The position numbers and the translations under genes were made by a program. Below are positions 1 to 10,855 of a stretch of 64,000 bases of DNA, piece after piece. Each line of letters begins with the position of its first letter. Position 1 is the stretch's first letter. The stretch lies in IMG/VR virus record IMGVR_UViG_3300029989_000005. The stretch is one strand, 5' to 3'. The DNA comes from a virus. Under the pieces are notes generated by a model. That model searched no databases, had not been told where the DNA came from, and was given only the letters and a program-made list of their open reading frames with translations.

Positions 1-551
1 TCATTTTGTTTAGTGTTAGAACCTTGCATTTCTACATGTCCTATATATTCCACAACTCTTTTGTAAGTGTTAGCGGATGTGTTTTCCTCTAAAAATCTAC
101 TGTCGGCAAGAGAAGATACTTTCTTTGTGTTATCAGCATTTTGAAATCTTAAAGCACCAATCTCTTTTAACCATTTAAAGAAGATACGCTCAGATACTGT
201 CCTTAAATTAGCCCTGTTATAGATACTTTGACTTGTAAGATTAGCCTCAAAATTCATGACATAGTTCTGAAAGCTTTCAGAAAAATCAAGCTTATTCTGT
301 GCATTTGGTTCTGTTAATTGAGTATTTAAACCATTCACATAATGACCCTCTATGTTTAGAAAGTTCATAGAATTTTGGGTATTACCACCTAATGTTGGTT
401 GTATTTTGGGTAAGTTTAATAATGCATAATGTGAAAACAAAAACTTGTTAGTATTGCTTTGAGGCATAAATGATGCATTGAGGTCTTCCGATGCTGACGG
501 CATTGTAATAAATACACCCTTTTTAAAAAGTGAGAGAAGTGGAGTAATCAT
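1..551 (-). CDS. Putative virion structural protein, 5' part (runs off window)
   Basis: Not in ORF track; own translation from ATG at 551 gives MITPLLSLFKKGVFITMPSASEDL...SERIFFKWLKEIGALRF..., open to base 1; TAAATA late-type motif at 565-576. Confidence 0.7.
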   Translation of the reverse strand, partial: MITPLLSLFKKGVFITMPSASEDLNASFMPQSNTNKFLFSHYALLNLPKIQPTLGGNTQNSMNFLNIEGHYVNGLNTQLTEPNAQNKLDFSESFQNYVMNFEANLTSQSIYNRANLRTVSERIFFKWLKEIGALRFQNADNTKKVSSLADSRFLEENTSANTYKRVVEYIGHVEMQGSNTKQN

Positions 552-595
552 ATAAATTATATTTTTAATTATTTAACTCGATGTATAAATACAGA

Positions 596-627
596 AATGA
601 CTGTCATTATAAGCAATGACAGTCATT
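596..627. terminator. Hairpin, probable intrinsic terminator
   Basis: aatgactgtcatt / aatgacagtcatt 13-bp inverted repeat between genes. Confidence 0.6.
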
Positions 628-639
628 AAATTAATTACT

Positions 640-921
640 TTACTGTTGTTGTCTGTGTATATCAGATTCAGAGTATGCTATCAATGTATCTTTACCCATA
701 ACAAATACGTAGCAATGGATTCCTTTTACCTCCCATTTTCTGAGTAATTTTAAATTACGCATATTACTTGGGGTTTTTACAATTTTTGGGGTTTCATTCT
801 TTGGTATTGTATATGCATTGGATGAAATGATACCAAAACAACAAACCAAAACAACACCAACGATTATTGCCACCTTAACTGTAGTGCCTATTGTACGCAC
901 AATTAACTTTCCATTTTTCAT
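640..921 (-). CDS. Hypothetical membrane protein
   Basis: N-terminal hydrophobic helix. Confidence 0.5.
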   Translation of the reverse strand: MKNGKLIVRTIGTTVKVAIIVGVVLVCCFGIISSNAYTIPKNETPKIVKTPSNMRNLKLLRKWEVKGIHCYVFVMGKDTLIAYSESDIHRQQQ

Positions 922-984
922 TGTTAATTTTGTTTAATTATTAATTTTTTATATAATTTTTATATTATGATATTGTCTTACGTG

Positions 985-1419
985 TCAAATATCCTTAGAT
1001 TCTACTCGTATAGTCCTTAATTTTGACATTAATTCTTTATGTTTTCTTCTGTTTTCAATGGCTTCATCTGATTCAACAAATATTGCATTATCGGGTAATA
1101 AATTTCTAAAATTTAATGGTATATCACCCTGATGCCAAAGGTTTTTTGTCTGAACAATACGACCATCGTTAAATATGATTTTAAACTGTCTTCCGCCATG
1201 ACCTTGAAAAAACGTTTCACTACTATCAGGATAAAAAGTATAATGGCTACCATTAACAATGGCTATTTTTTTTGAGTACCCGTTTGTACCATTTCCGTAG
1301 CTTTTAACTTTCTCATTCCAAAAATTAATATGAAAACACTTATCACCACACATTACGGGAACTTCATCCCTATAATGAGATTCCTCTATTTCTTTTCCGC
1401 AAACTATACATTTTACCAT
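985..1419 (-). CDS. Hypothetical protein with N-terminal Cys motif
   Basis: CxxC...CxxxC; NLWHQGDIP motif recalled from phage hypotheticals. Confidence 0.55.
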   Translation of the reverse strand: MVKCIVCGKEIEESHYRDEVPVMCGDKCFHINFWNEKVKSYGNGTNGYSKKIAIVNGSHYTFYPDSSETFFQGHGGRQFKIIFNDGRIVQTKNLWHQGDIPLNFRNLLPDNAIFVESDEAIENRRKHKELMSKLRTIRVESKDI

Positions 1420-1423
1420 AATA

Positions 1424-2593
1424 TTAAAATATTGATAATTTTTGTTTCTTTTGTATTCTCATAATTTTTATAGGTAATAGTAATTCATCGTGTCCACTAA
1501 TTGGTTTGCCTATGTACTCATGGCAATAAGAGGTTCTAGAAAGTACTTTTTTCATCATTCTTCTTTTATAAATACTGTTACCATAATCTATATCGCTTCT
1601 GTATTTGCCATTCTTACTAGTACCTCTCCAAAGCGGTGATTTATTGCGGTGTTCGCCAAGTGCGGGGTTTATAGTTTTTGTAAATAATCTCCCACCATTA
1701 TGAACTATTATTCCCGCTGTAAATTCAGAAATTGATTTGCCTATACCCATACCCTGAAAATCAGGAAGTACAACAGTTCTGCTGAGTGCATACCCGTTGG
1801 GAAAGTTACCCGTTGGGAAAGTTTTATAAACACATATTCCAACAGGAATGTCATCCCATACAAATACAAGATATCCGAAGCCCTTGTTAGATTCCGAGGT
1901 TAGATAATGATGTTTTTTAAAGATTTCCCAAGTATTAGGCTCTGTTCTATAGACTTGCAAGTCAATTTTAGGTCTTCCTTGCCTTCGGCAGTCATGTCTT
2001 TTGGACATGCCTCCATTTTGAAGATTAACAGACCAATCAGGTAATAACCATTCTAACACATCATAGTGTACCGATGCAATTATTATCTTTTTGTTTAATT
2101 TCCTTACATATTTTTGTATTGCGAATGACATGGACTTTGCAACATATCTATCAACAACCGATGTATATTCGTCAATGAGTATTATCTCACCATCTTTTGA
2201 TGATGCAATTAGATAGGCTAATTTTGCTCTGTATTGTTCACCATTTGAAAGTAAATGAAAAGGTCTTAGCCATGTGGGAACTGATGAAAGCCCAACAGAT
2301 GTTAAAGCAAATGTAGCTTCTTTTGGGTCTAAGAAATTAAAGTTACTTATAAGTGCCTTGTTAGTATCAAACTTTACATCAGGTATGTTACCAATTGATC
2401 TTAATATCGATGATTTACCCGAACCGCTGCTTCCAAGTATTATTCCAATGTTCCAATCAGACTCATTCATTTCTGATAAATCAAAAATGATTTCGGTTGA
2501 TGTTTTATCAGAGTCTTGTATATCAAACGTTGAATAAACATATTCTGTATATTCGTCATTGATTATTTCATGCTCAAGATTTATCTTACTCAT
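1424..2593 (-). CDS. ABC-family ATPase fused to GNAT acetyltransferase
   Basis: Walker A GSSGSGKS, signature LSNGEQYR, Walker B ILIDE, H-loop SVH; C-terminal GNAT motif A SRTVVLPDFQGMGIG. Confidence 0.85.
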   Translation of the reverse strand: MSKINLEHEIINDEYTEYVYSTFDIQDSDKTSTEIIFDLSEMNESDWNIGIILGSSGSGKSSILRSIGNIPDVKFDTNKALISNFNFLDPKEATFALTSVGLSSVPTWLRPFHLLSNGEQYRAKLAYLIASSKDGEIILIDEYTSVVDRYVAKSMSFAIQKYVRKLNKKIIIASVHYDVLEWLLPDWSVNLQNGGMSKRHDCRRQGRPKIDLQVYRTEPNTWEIFKKHHYLTSESNKGFGYLVFVWDDIPVGICVYKTFPTGNFPNGYALSRTVVLPDFQGMGIGKSISEFTAGIIVHNGGRLFTKTINPALGEHRNKSPLWRGTSKNGKYRSDIDYGNSIYKRRMMKKVLSRTSYCHEYIGKPISGHDELLLPIKIMRIQKKQKLSIF

Positions 2594-2877
2594 TCTGCAC
2601 CAAATTTATCAACACACAATTCATATTCTTCCACAGATATTTCCCTAAGTTCATAGTTTCCAAGACATCCTCTAAAACCTCTTAAGTCGTTACAAATTTT
2701 GTCAAATTCTATTTCTTCGGATTTACTAAAATCATCAGTCATAAAAGTGTCCTCAATAAAATTTTCTTCATCTAAACCATGTCTTTTACAATATATAAAA
2801 CTAGCCTCAATAATCATTAAGTTTTTATGAGTCTTTTTTAATATCCTTGGTGTGATTTTTAATACATCAGTTTCCAT
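2590..2877 (-). CDS. Hypothetical protein
   Basis: Tightly packed ORF, ATGA overlap with next gene. Confidence 0.55.
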   Translation of the reverse strand: METDVLKITPRILKKTHKNLMIIEASFIYCKRHGLDEENFIEDTFMTDDFSKSEEIEFDKICNDLRGFRGCLGNYELREISVEEYELCVDKFGAE

Positions 2878-2881
2878 AATG

Positions 2882-3316
2882 TTAATCTATTTGTAAGTTT
2901 AAGTCATTGCCTGTTAAAAGAGCACCGTTTGTTATAGCCAATTCATCGAAATATTTTTGCCAATCGTCTGTTTTGCCAATTTCAAAATCTTCAACATATG
3001 GTATTGGTTTACATACCATACCATCTTTAATTGATATTTTACCAAGTATTTCATTTTCTCCCAACAAAACGAATTTTTCCTTATTGAATTTAACGAACAC
3101 ACCCGACATATCACCATAAAAAACAATGTCTGATTTATTAAATTTATATGCCAATGCTGAAATTGATACAACCACACCGACATTACCCGCCAATGTTTCA
3201 CCAATTATGTGATGATTTATTTCAGGTTGCCAAACTAGCACATTTTTCTTTGTAAGTTCCACGAATTCACATAGCTCAAGAACTTTCTTTAATTTATTTT
3301 CCATTTTATTATCCAA
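2882..3316 (-). CDS. GroES/Cpn10-like co-chaperonin
   Basis: GVVVSI...DIVFYGDMSGVFVKFNKEKFVLLGENEILG resembles the GroES C-terminal pattern. Confidence 0.6.
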   Translation of the reverse strand: MDNKMENKLKKVLELCEFVELTKKNVLVWQPEINHHIIGETLAGNVGVVVSISALAYKFNKSDIVFYGDMSGVFVKFNKEKFVLLGENEILGKISIKDGMVCKPIPYVEDFEIGKTDDWQKYFDELAITNGALLTGNDLNLQID

Positions 3317-3878
3317 AAATATAAGTATTTACTAATGTCGATAACATTTTTAATATTCTTTGACGTTTAAGGTAAGATATTTGTGATTTGTTAATTACAC
3401 ACATGTCAACCTTGGATTCCTTAATTTTTATGTAAATATCAGTGCCTTTTATTGAAAATAGCATACCATCATCAGTACCACAGCTGAATAAAAATTCCTG
3501 ATATTTATCTATATTTTTAAACTCAGTATTATCAGAAAGATATTTTACTCTTTCTATATATTGTGTAACATATTTAGAACTCATATTATTTTGTAATTCT
3601 TCCGCAGAATTCAAAAAATTAATTAATTTAGGTTTTAATAGTTCTAAATCGTTTAATTCTTTATTATTAACAGATAATATAACCATTTTACTATTTTCAT
3701 CATAGCATGTTAAATGATAAGGTATATAATTAGTATTTTCACTTTTATCAATAATGAATGATATGTGGAATTTTTGGCTGTACATCATTATTCTACCATT
3801 TTCAATTTCAAAAAAAGGTAAAAACTGTTCAAATAATGATGTGCTAATGGATTGCAGTGCATCAATTATATCTTTCAT
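3309..3878 (-). CDS. Hypothetical protein
   Basis: ORF track; operon packing. Confidence 0.55.
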   Translation of the reverse strand: MKDIIDALQSISTSLFEQFLPFFEIENGRIMMYSQKFHISFIIDKSENTNYIPYHLTCYDENSKMVILSVNNKELNDLELLKPKLINFLNSAEELQNNMSSKYVTQYIERVKYLSDNTEFKNIDKYQEFLFSCGTDDGMLFSIKGTDIYIKIKESKVDMCVINKSQISYLKRQRILKMLSTLVNTYIFG

Positions 3879-3899
3879 ATTTTAAATAATTAAAAATTT

Positions 3900-4247
3900 A
3901 TGATAACTGTTATAGACTTAGACATATTAAATTCTACTGATGATGATTTAACAGACCTTCTATACGTTTATATCCAAGAGATATTAATGGTACTCAATAC
4001 AGATAAAACTGAGGTGTTGGGGTGTCCGACTATGACAGTAAATTTAGAAGAATTAGTGTATGATATAAATCTTGATGAATCAGCTATACAAAAATTGATA
4101 CTTGATAAATTGAGTCAATACACATCTTTATATGATAATTTTGATACTCAAATCAATGTAAAATTTGCAAAAGGAACTGAGAGGGATGTTTGTTTAATAG
4201 ATTTCTCCATAAATTCAGAAGCCAATTTTTCTTTAATGATTAAATAA
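3900..4247 (+). CDS. gp25-like baseplate/sheath-initiator protein
   Basis: 115 aa, acidic, IQEILMVLNTDKTEVLGCP..NLEELVYD resembles the gp25 family; late motif TTAAATAATTAA at 3882-3893. Confidence 0.55.
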   Translation: MITVIDLDILNSTDDDLTDLLYVYIQEILMVLNTDKTEVLGCPTMTVNLEELVYDINLDESAIQKLILDKLSQYTSLYDNFDTQINVKFAKGTERDVCLIDFSINSEANFSLMIK

Positions 4248-4947
4248 AATCATTAAAGAAAAATTGGAAATACTTGTTTATCCAAAATGAGTCAATTATA
4301 TCATCTATTGGCTTGGCAACCTCATTAACGCTCTTACCCTTTTTATTTTTTAACGATGCAAACTTATCACAGTCATTAGTCATAAGTTTATGAAAGCCAC
4401 AAGCCGTCAAATTTTCATCTTTCAACGCAATAAAAGATATAAGTAATTGGTACTTGTCAAAATTACCACCACCCGCAAATTTTTTAACTTGTGGTGCTGT
4501 TACCAAAAACAGATCATCCATTTCAAAAAATGTGGTTTTTAAAAGGTTTGACTTTAATTCCATTGTGTTTTCAATAATTTGTATGAAAGTATCAGAAGCA
4601 GAACCATATGAATAATTCTCAAAAACTAATATATTCCTGTTTTCATTGGAAACATGCATGCATATAAAATCAGATAATTGCCTGTTATATGATATACAAT
4701 TATTTATATGGTCTTTTTCCCAACCCGACAATCCATTTACTCGTGATTTTACCGCTTTGATTGGTGGTCTGTGATATTTTTGAACGATTACATAATTCGT
4801 TATACTTTCAGCTATACTTTCAGTTTTTTTATCCTTATATATATTTACAAATGATAAAAATTTATGTGATTTGGTGTCACAATTATATATTGTGACACCC
4901 GTTGAATTAAGTGAATAATCTACACTTACTATTTCTGTTTCAACCAT
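4240..4947 (-). CDS. RuvC-like Holliday junction resolvase
   Basis: IVSVDYSLNSTG, VFENYSYG, VKKFAGGGNFDK, DDIIDS catalytic pattern. Confidence 0.75.
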   Translation of the reverse strand: MVETEIVSVDYSLNSTGVTIYNCDTKSHKFLSFVNIYKDKKTESIAESITNYVIVQKYHRPPIKAVKSRVNGLSGWEKDHINNCISYNRQLSDFICMHVSNENRNILVFENYSYGSASDTFIQIIENTMELKSNLLKTTFFEMDDLFLVTAPQVKKFAGGGNFDKYQLLISFIALKDENLTACGFHKLMTNDCDKFASLKNKKGKSVNEVAKPIDDIIDSFWINKYFQFFFNDFI

Positions 4948-7900
4948 TATTTCTGATAACTTTTAGTAAATGTTATATCAAATGAAAATAAATCCTCAAC
5001 ACTTCTTTGAGCAATGTCTATACCTATCTTTTTAGAATAAGTAACATTTCCTATGCTTCCAATGCCACCAATGTTACCTGAACCATCGTTACCCGCACCG
5101 AAAAAATCAGTCATACGTGTTTGAAACAATATAGGTATTTTGATCAATGAATTATTCAATGTTAGTCCTTTATTATACATCTGAGAGCCAACATATAATG
5201 AACGGTTTAGTTGTGGGAATATTTTAAGATATGCACCACAAGTATCAGAGCCAATTAAATACTTATCCCATTCAGCAAACCCGTTTTTTTGTGGAAGTTC
5301 AACTATTTGTGTCAAAGCCGCATTATCGGAAAAATCAGATTTTTGACTAAATTGTTTTTGTTTATAATAGTTGGTTTCACCAAATTTTTTTGATGCCAAT
5401 ATTGTTTGATAGAACATTGGATAAATGAAATTACCATTGTATTTGAGATATCTAGGAATAAAATCACCTAATGTTTGATTACTATAGATGTTATCACCGT
5501 TGCTATCAATGGCTGTTCTTAAATTTTTGTAATTAGTTGGCTGTACTTGTATATCAGCATTGCCACCCAAAGCGGGATGTAATTTGTGTACAGCGAAAGA
5601 TGTATTGTTACCGCCACCATTAGGGCTGAACAAAGCGTCAACATCCCATGAACCATTCCATATAAAATCCTCAGCACCCGCACCACCTGATAATTTCAAG
5701 AAATTGTATTCATCGGCTGTGTAAAGTGGTTCGGATAATGAAAAATCCATATACCTCTGATAGAGTAATTGACCATATGCTTGCATACTTGCATATTCGG
5801 GAAGCTCTAAATTAGGGTTTGAATTTTTGAAAGCAATGTAGTCATTATCAGTTTCTTTATAGTAGCTATAGCCGATAGGTGATAAGAAATATTTTCTGTA
5901 TTGGTTATATTCAGAGGCATTTCTTATGTACCCATTATAATCGACTGTTGGTAGAAATTTATTGTAATATCCAGGAACGAAGCTCAATATATTTGAATCG
6001 TAATTGGTTTTATTCCTTATAACAAGATAATAAGTGTCATTTATTATCTTTCCTTTTCTGTCTGTCAATTGTTCAACCTGATCTCTGTAATAAGGTGCTT
6101 GTATTTGTACAGATGACTCGTTTTCTATGGTTGTAATTAAATTACCATTAGAATCTTCAATATAAATATCAATATCACCTATCTGAGTTAAATAGTTTGC
6201 CTTAATGCTTGAAATATCCTCTTTCATGGATGCAACTACCTGTTCAACTGACATTTTTTTATTTTCAGGTGTGAAGTAATTCATTGAAATATTTTCGGCA
6301 GCATGATTGAATTTTTGGTCTGCAGAACTTGATGAATCCTTTAAATGTTCATACAGCCCGATAGATTGTAATTCTTGAAATAATGTAGATAAAAAATTGT
6401 CAGATGATAATTCTTGTATTATTGATTGATTGTTTTTTACCAAATCGGATGGAAACTCAACAATTACGGATTCAGCCCAATCTGATACTATTGCATATAT
6501 TGGATATCCCACCTCTGAAATAGACCGTACTCTGATTTCAACAGTTTCATTTTCTGTTATAGGAATCATTACCTCATTTATGGACATTTCATCGGCATTT
6601 GATTCAACCACATTTTTCCATTCAGATTTACCCGTATCTTTATTGAAGACTTTAAATCTCTGAGGTAAATCTAACAGTTTATTCCAATCTGTTGAGGTTG
6701 CACTAACCTTATTGCCGTTTTTATCAATATAAGATGTTGGTTGGGCATTGGTAGATGTTTTGTTAACTGTCAGGTATCTGTATTCACATTCAAATTTTAT
6801 AATACCTTGAGCACCTATTTTATTGACTTCATCAGTATAAACATCACTTGGTATATCAAAAAATCCTCTTATGGCATACTTTGGTGAAAAAGTTCCGTTT
6901 GTGTTTATTGTAGCAAGCAAATCACTAACAATGGACTGATAATTTGCCGTTAAATTTTTACGTTTTGTATAAGCATCATCAATTTGGCTTTCAATTTTTG
7001 ATCTTGAAATATCATAAGTTTCAACAAACAATTTACCTTTTAAATTGGTAATGGAAACATCAACAGATGCAATTTCAGTTTTAATTTTTTCTTTCTCAGC
7101 ATATTTTTCTTTGATCTGAGATTCCAATTGTTCCTGTTTATGTTTGTTTATTACACCAACAGTAAAATTAGAAACTAATAATGATGGGGTATTTGGTGCA
7201 ATATAATCATCTAAACTAGTATGATTTACGGCAGCTAGGTATTTGATTCCGTTTCTGATATCAGAAATGTTGGCGTTAAAATAATCTGAAAAAGAAACTT
7301 TATCTTTGATTAACGTATTTGTTACTATGAACTTTGATTCACCCCAATTTGACGAAACTAATGATTCATTGGTTACAATTTTTATAAATGGTGCAAACAT
7401 TTCATTTATATCAATAGGAATTTTTGCCTTTATATCTTCATCATACAATCCAAGAATTGATAATGTACCGACACCTATTTTAACAGCATCAAGACCCTCA
7501 ATTCTTTGTACAGATATTTCAAATGTATCATAATCTATAAATGCTATTTTATATATTGTGGATTTATTTCCGCTACTATCATTTACAACAACCTGATCAC
7601 CTATTTTCAAAGATTGTTTTATACCTGTGTTGTTTTCTACGTATGATGTTGAATCAATTTTGTACAACATAGTACCAACAACAAGTGCCTGATTGTCAGA
7701 TATTATTGATTTCCTATAAGACACAACATCAAAGTTGCCCGAATATTTAAGCATTTTAGGTGTTACATCAACATTGTAGTCTACCTCTTTATAATAAATG
7801 GCTTGTCCATCAAGTACGGACTTTAAATCATTATACTTATAAATATTGTTTTTAATATAATTGCTGAAATACGTTAGTTTGGTTTCATTGGTTTCAGTTA

Positions 7901-8381
7901 TAACAATCTTTCTTACTACAGCCGACTTTACATTTTTATCAAAATATGGCTTAAGACTTATGGGTATAAATGCTTTAGGTGTTACCAAATTTTGGTAAAC
8001 ATCATATTGTTCAACATCAAAAGCATTTATTACGGTTGCTGCATTTATTACGACTGTCTTGGGTTCTTTAGGTGTATTTTGTGCAAGTATTATCCTTCTT
8101 GTACCATCAGGTAAAATTATGGATGATTCTAAAATACCTATACCCGATAAATTATCGAAGTTTTTTTCTACTCTAGCAACAGCCGATAAAAGGTATGCCA
8201 TGGATGGTATCTCATATATGCTTTCCGTTGAATCCTCGTTTGTATATGTCAATATAACCTTCTCATTTGATGTAAATAGCATTTCAGCATAAACTTTAAT
8301 GAGATTTAGTCCATTTGCATCACGTCTTATCAGTTCTTGAAGGTACTTATCCATACCGCCTTTAGTGAGATTTTTAGCCAT
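4947..8381 (-). CDS. Large putative virion structural protein (1144 aa)
   Basis: Size, beta-rich plus coiled-coil segments, TAAATA motif at 8405-8415. Confidence 0.55.
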   Translation of the reverse strand: MAKNLTKGGMDKYLQELIRRDANGLNLIKVYAEMLFTSNEKVILTYTNEDSTESIYEIPSMAYLLSAVARVEKNFDNLSGIGILESSIILPDGTRRIILAQNTPKEPKTVVINAATVINAFDVEQYDVYQNLVTPKAFIPISLKPYFDKNVKSAVVRKIVITETNETKLTYFSNYIKNNIYKYNDLKSVLDGQAIYYKEVDYNVDVTPKMLKYSGNFDVVSYRKSIISDNQALVVGTMLYKIDSTSYVENNTGIKQSLKIGDQVVVNDSSGNKSTIYKIAFIDYDTFEISVQRIEGLDAVKIGVGTLSILGLYDEDIKAKIPIDINEMFAPFIKIVTNESLVSSNWGESKFIVTNTLIKDKVSFSDYFNANISDIRNGIKYLAAVNHTSLDDYIAPNTPSLLVSNFTVGVINKHKQEQLESQIKEKYAEKEKIKTEIASVDVSITNLKGKLFVETYDISRSKIESQIDDAYTKRKNLTANYQSIVSDLLATINTNGTFSPKYAIRGFFDIPSDVYTDEVNKIGAQGIIKFECEYRYLTVNKTSTNAQPTSYIDKNGNKVSATSTDWNKLLDLPQRFKVFNKDTGKSEWKNVVESNADEMSINEVMIPITENETVEIRVRSISEVGYPIYAIVSDWAESVIVEFPSDLVKNNQSIIQELSSDNFLSTLFQELQSIGLYEHLKDSSSSADQKFNHAAENISMNYFTPENKKMSVEQVVASMKEDISSIKANYLTQIGDIDIYIEDSNGNLITTIENESSVQIQAPYYRDQVEQLTDRKGKIINDTYYLVIRNKTNYDSNILSFVPGYYNKFLPTVDYNGYIRNASEYNQYRKYFLSPIGYSYYKETDNDYIAFKNSNPNLELPEYASMQAYGQLLYQRYMDFSLSEPLYTADEYNFLKLSGGAGAEDFIWNGSWDVDALFSPNGGGNNTSFAVHKLHPALGGNADIQVQPTNYKNLRTAIDSNGDNIYSNQTLGDFIPRYLKYNGNFIYPMFYQTILASKKFGETNYYKQKQFSQKSDFSDNAALTQIVELPQKNGFAEWDKYLIGSDTCGAYLKIFPQLNRSLYVGSQMYNKGLTLNNSLIKIPILFQTRMTDFFGAGNDGSGNIGGIGSIGNVTYSKKIGIDIAQRSVEDLFSFDITFTKSYQK

Positions 8382-8469
8382 AACTATTTTATTATATTAT
8401 ATTTTGATTATTTAAATCTAGCCTAATTATAATAATGTATAATAATGATTTACTTAAAAATATTAAAAA

Positions 8470-9495
8470 ATGAATAACCTTGTAGATATATCGATTCTTT
8501 TGAAAGGATTCTGTAACATGTACGGCTCTGATGTAACATACCTTACGCAAAGAAGTGAAAGAGAGGAAATAATCGATAAAGCTTATATTACTCTTAATTC
8601 TATCTTAAGACGATATCAATCAGTAAGTAGATTGATATTTTGTATAGATGATGTTTTTACCAAAAGTTTCAGATATGGTTTGCCTTATGGTGACTTATAT
8701 AAGTCAAAAAGATACACAACACCGCCACGTTACAACCCCGAAGGCTACAAGGAAATGGTGCTGGAACTACGGCATAAATTAAATATGGCGAATATAAGTA
8801 ATATAGCCGTTTCAAATATGGAGGCTGATGATCTTGTTTATTGTTTAAGCAACCTACTTTATCAGTCAGGTGAATCCGTTATGATTATATCAGCAGATAA
8901 AGATTTAAAACAGCTTGTAAAGTACAACAATGATGCTTTTATAGCAATGTATAATTATCAAAAAGCGGATTCCGCATTTCATTTTATTTCACATGATTTT
9001 AAGATTGCTAATGAATCATCCATGGAATCATTTTTCAATAATTCACCGTCATCTATGAATAAGAATATTATTCTTGAAAGACATGAAAAAATAGTAGCTG
9101 AGGAAATACTGTTTATAAAAATTGTATCAGGTGATACATCAGATTGTATTCCAAGTCCTTTTAGATATCCAAAAGGAAGCCAAACTGTTAACTATACCGA
9201 AAAACGTGCACAAGACTTATATGATGATAAATATTCTGAGGCATTTTTATTAGGTGGTGATATTGAAACAATTTTTGGTGATAAACAAATTTTAGGAGAA
9301 TTAGCCAAGAATATACTTGAAAGCGTAAAACAAGAAGTTACACAAGAGAAAATATTAGAGCTTGTCAAAAATCTAAGAATTAACAAGAAATATATTCGTT
9401 TGCATTACAGTGAATATCCTAATAATCTCTATGATATAATGGAAAAAGAATGTATTTCAGAACTCAATAAAGAAAAATCTACAATATTACAATAA
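8470..9495 (+). CDS. 5'-3' exonuclease / T4 RNase H-like
   Basis: YKSKR, MEADDL, SADKDLKQL, GDTSDCIP motifs. Confidence 0.85.
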   Translation: MNNLVDISILLKGFCNMYGSDVTYLTQRSEREEIIDKAYITLNSILRRYQSVSRLIFCIDDVFTKSFRYGLPYGDLYKSKRYTTPPRYNPEGYKEMVLELRHKLNMANISNIAVSNMEADDLVYCLSNLLYQSGESVMIISADKDLKQLVKYNNDAFIAMYNYQKADSAFHFISHDFKIANESSMESFFNNSPSSMNKNIILERHEKIVAEEILFIKIVSGDTSDCIPSPFRYPKGSQTVNYTEKRAQDLYDDKYSEAFLLGGDIETIFGDKQILGELAKNILESVKQEVTQEKILELVKNLRINKKYIRLHYSEYPNNLYDIMEKECISELNKEKSTILQ

Positions 9496-9497
9496 TT

Positions 9498-9923
9498 ATG
9501 GCTCAAAATTTAAAGGATTTTACAGATAACTTATTCAACAAGGATTATTACAAAAATGTTACAGACGTTGATAAGAGGTCTAATTTCTTTATGGTATCAA
9601 GGCAAATGTCTTGTAAATATCCTGTTGAAGCATGTAAGTTATCATCTATACATGTTCACAAAGAAAGTGTAATGGATTATTGGCATGAACTTATGATGAA
9701 AGAGTGTGGTGGTAGAAAACCATCTTGGTTATGGGTTTATCCAAATGCAGGTATCGACAACAATAAACTAGACAAAAAGCTTGTTGACAAATACAAAAAA
9801 ATAGATAAGGACATTATAATTGCTTATTGTCAGAAACATGAAATTGGTAATATTGAATTGGAACTTTTGAAAATAAATGATTTTGAAAATCTTATTGATA
9901 ACATTTCAAGATCAGCATTATAA
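9498..9923 (+). CDS. Possible clamp-loader small subunit (gp62-like)
   Basis: FFMVSRQMS weakly resembles gp62 FMxNRxLS; adjacent to RNase H. Confidence 0.3.
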   Translation: MAQNLKDFTDNLFNKDYYKNVTDVDKRSNFFMVSRQMSCKYPVEACKLSSIHVHKESVMDYWHELMMKECGGRKPSWLWVYPNAGIDNNKLDKKLVDKYKKIDKDIIIAYCQKHEIGNIELELLKINDFENLIDNISRSAL

Positions 9924-9956
9924 AATACAATACACAATATTAAAAAATAGAATATT

Positions 9957-10430
9957 ATGAAAAAATTAGCAGAAAGATTAAGGGAAACCGCTGAATTAAT
10001 AGCAGCTGAATTGGATAATAAACAAAAATTGACTACTTTAAGCAAAGAAAGATTAGAACAGCAGAGAATTGATTTAATAATCCAAAAAACATATGATTAT
10101 TTTAAAAATAATTGGCTTGAAAAAGCTGAAGAAGCAGCTTTGAATGGCGAAACTAATTTTTATGTCATATTAAATAGTAGAGGAAGAAATGAGTCAATTG
10201 AAGAATACGACATGACATCCGATTGTTACAATGTGACGGGAGTATATCTTAGTGAATTGTATGATATAATAATGAATAAGAAAGGAAAGGATTACTTTGA
10301 AACATTATGTAAAGAAATTGAATCACAAGGTTTTACAGATGTACAAATAAAATGTAAGAGTTGGAACGGTACTACATTTTCATGTGAAAGTTACACAGCA
10401 TATATCATACATTTAAGTGCTAAATTTTAA
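9957..10430 (+). CDS. Hypothetical protein
   Basis: ORF in + operon. Confidence 0.6.
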   Translation: MKKLAERLRETAELIAAELDNKQKLTTLSKERLEQQRIDLIIQKTYDYFKNNWLEKAEEAALNGETNFYVILNSRGRNESIEEYDMTSDCYNVTGVYLSELYDIIMNKKGKDYFETLCKEIESQGFTDVQIKCKSWNGTTFSCESYTAYIIHLSAKF

Positions 10431-10460
10431 GTTAATCATAATATTAGAAAATAAAATATT

Positions 10461-10838
10461 ATGGATACGATTTTTGAACTTATCAAACCCAATCCAATAC
10501 CTGAATTTATTATTTGTGCTGCAAATTATTATTATGATGGTAATAAACATAATCATATGCCCAAAAATATTGAGGTAGGTTTTGTGATTTGTGGGAGAAG
10601 GCATCATAACTGCATTGCAACATTTGCTCAGTTTATGGGATTTTTTGAAGACAACAAATATAAAGGTGAGGCTATAAAAACTCGTAAAACAGAGGTACAA
10701 GGATTCCTTACAAGCACTGATAGATTTGTTGACCGTAAAGAGGCTTATAAAATAGCATTTGAAGCAAACCAAATTATCGGTCCAAACAAAGGATGCCCTG
10801 AAAATTCAATAGGTCTGACTAGCGAGGACTTGTACTAA
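10461..10838 (+). CDS. Conserved phage hypothetical protein
   Basis: CGRRHHNC...QGFLTSTDRFVDRKEA...SEDLY pattern. Confidence 0.65.
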   Translation: MDTIFELIKPNPIPEFIICAANYYYDGNKHNHMPKNIEVGFVICGRRHHNCIATFAQFMGFFEDNKYKGEAIKTRKTEVQGFLTSTDRFVDRKEAYKIAFEANQIIGPNKGCPENSIGLTSEDLY

Positions 10839-10855
10839 TTTAAAACTTATAAATT

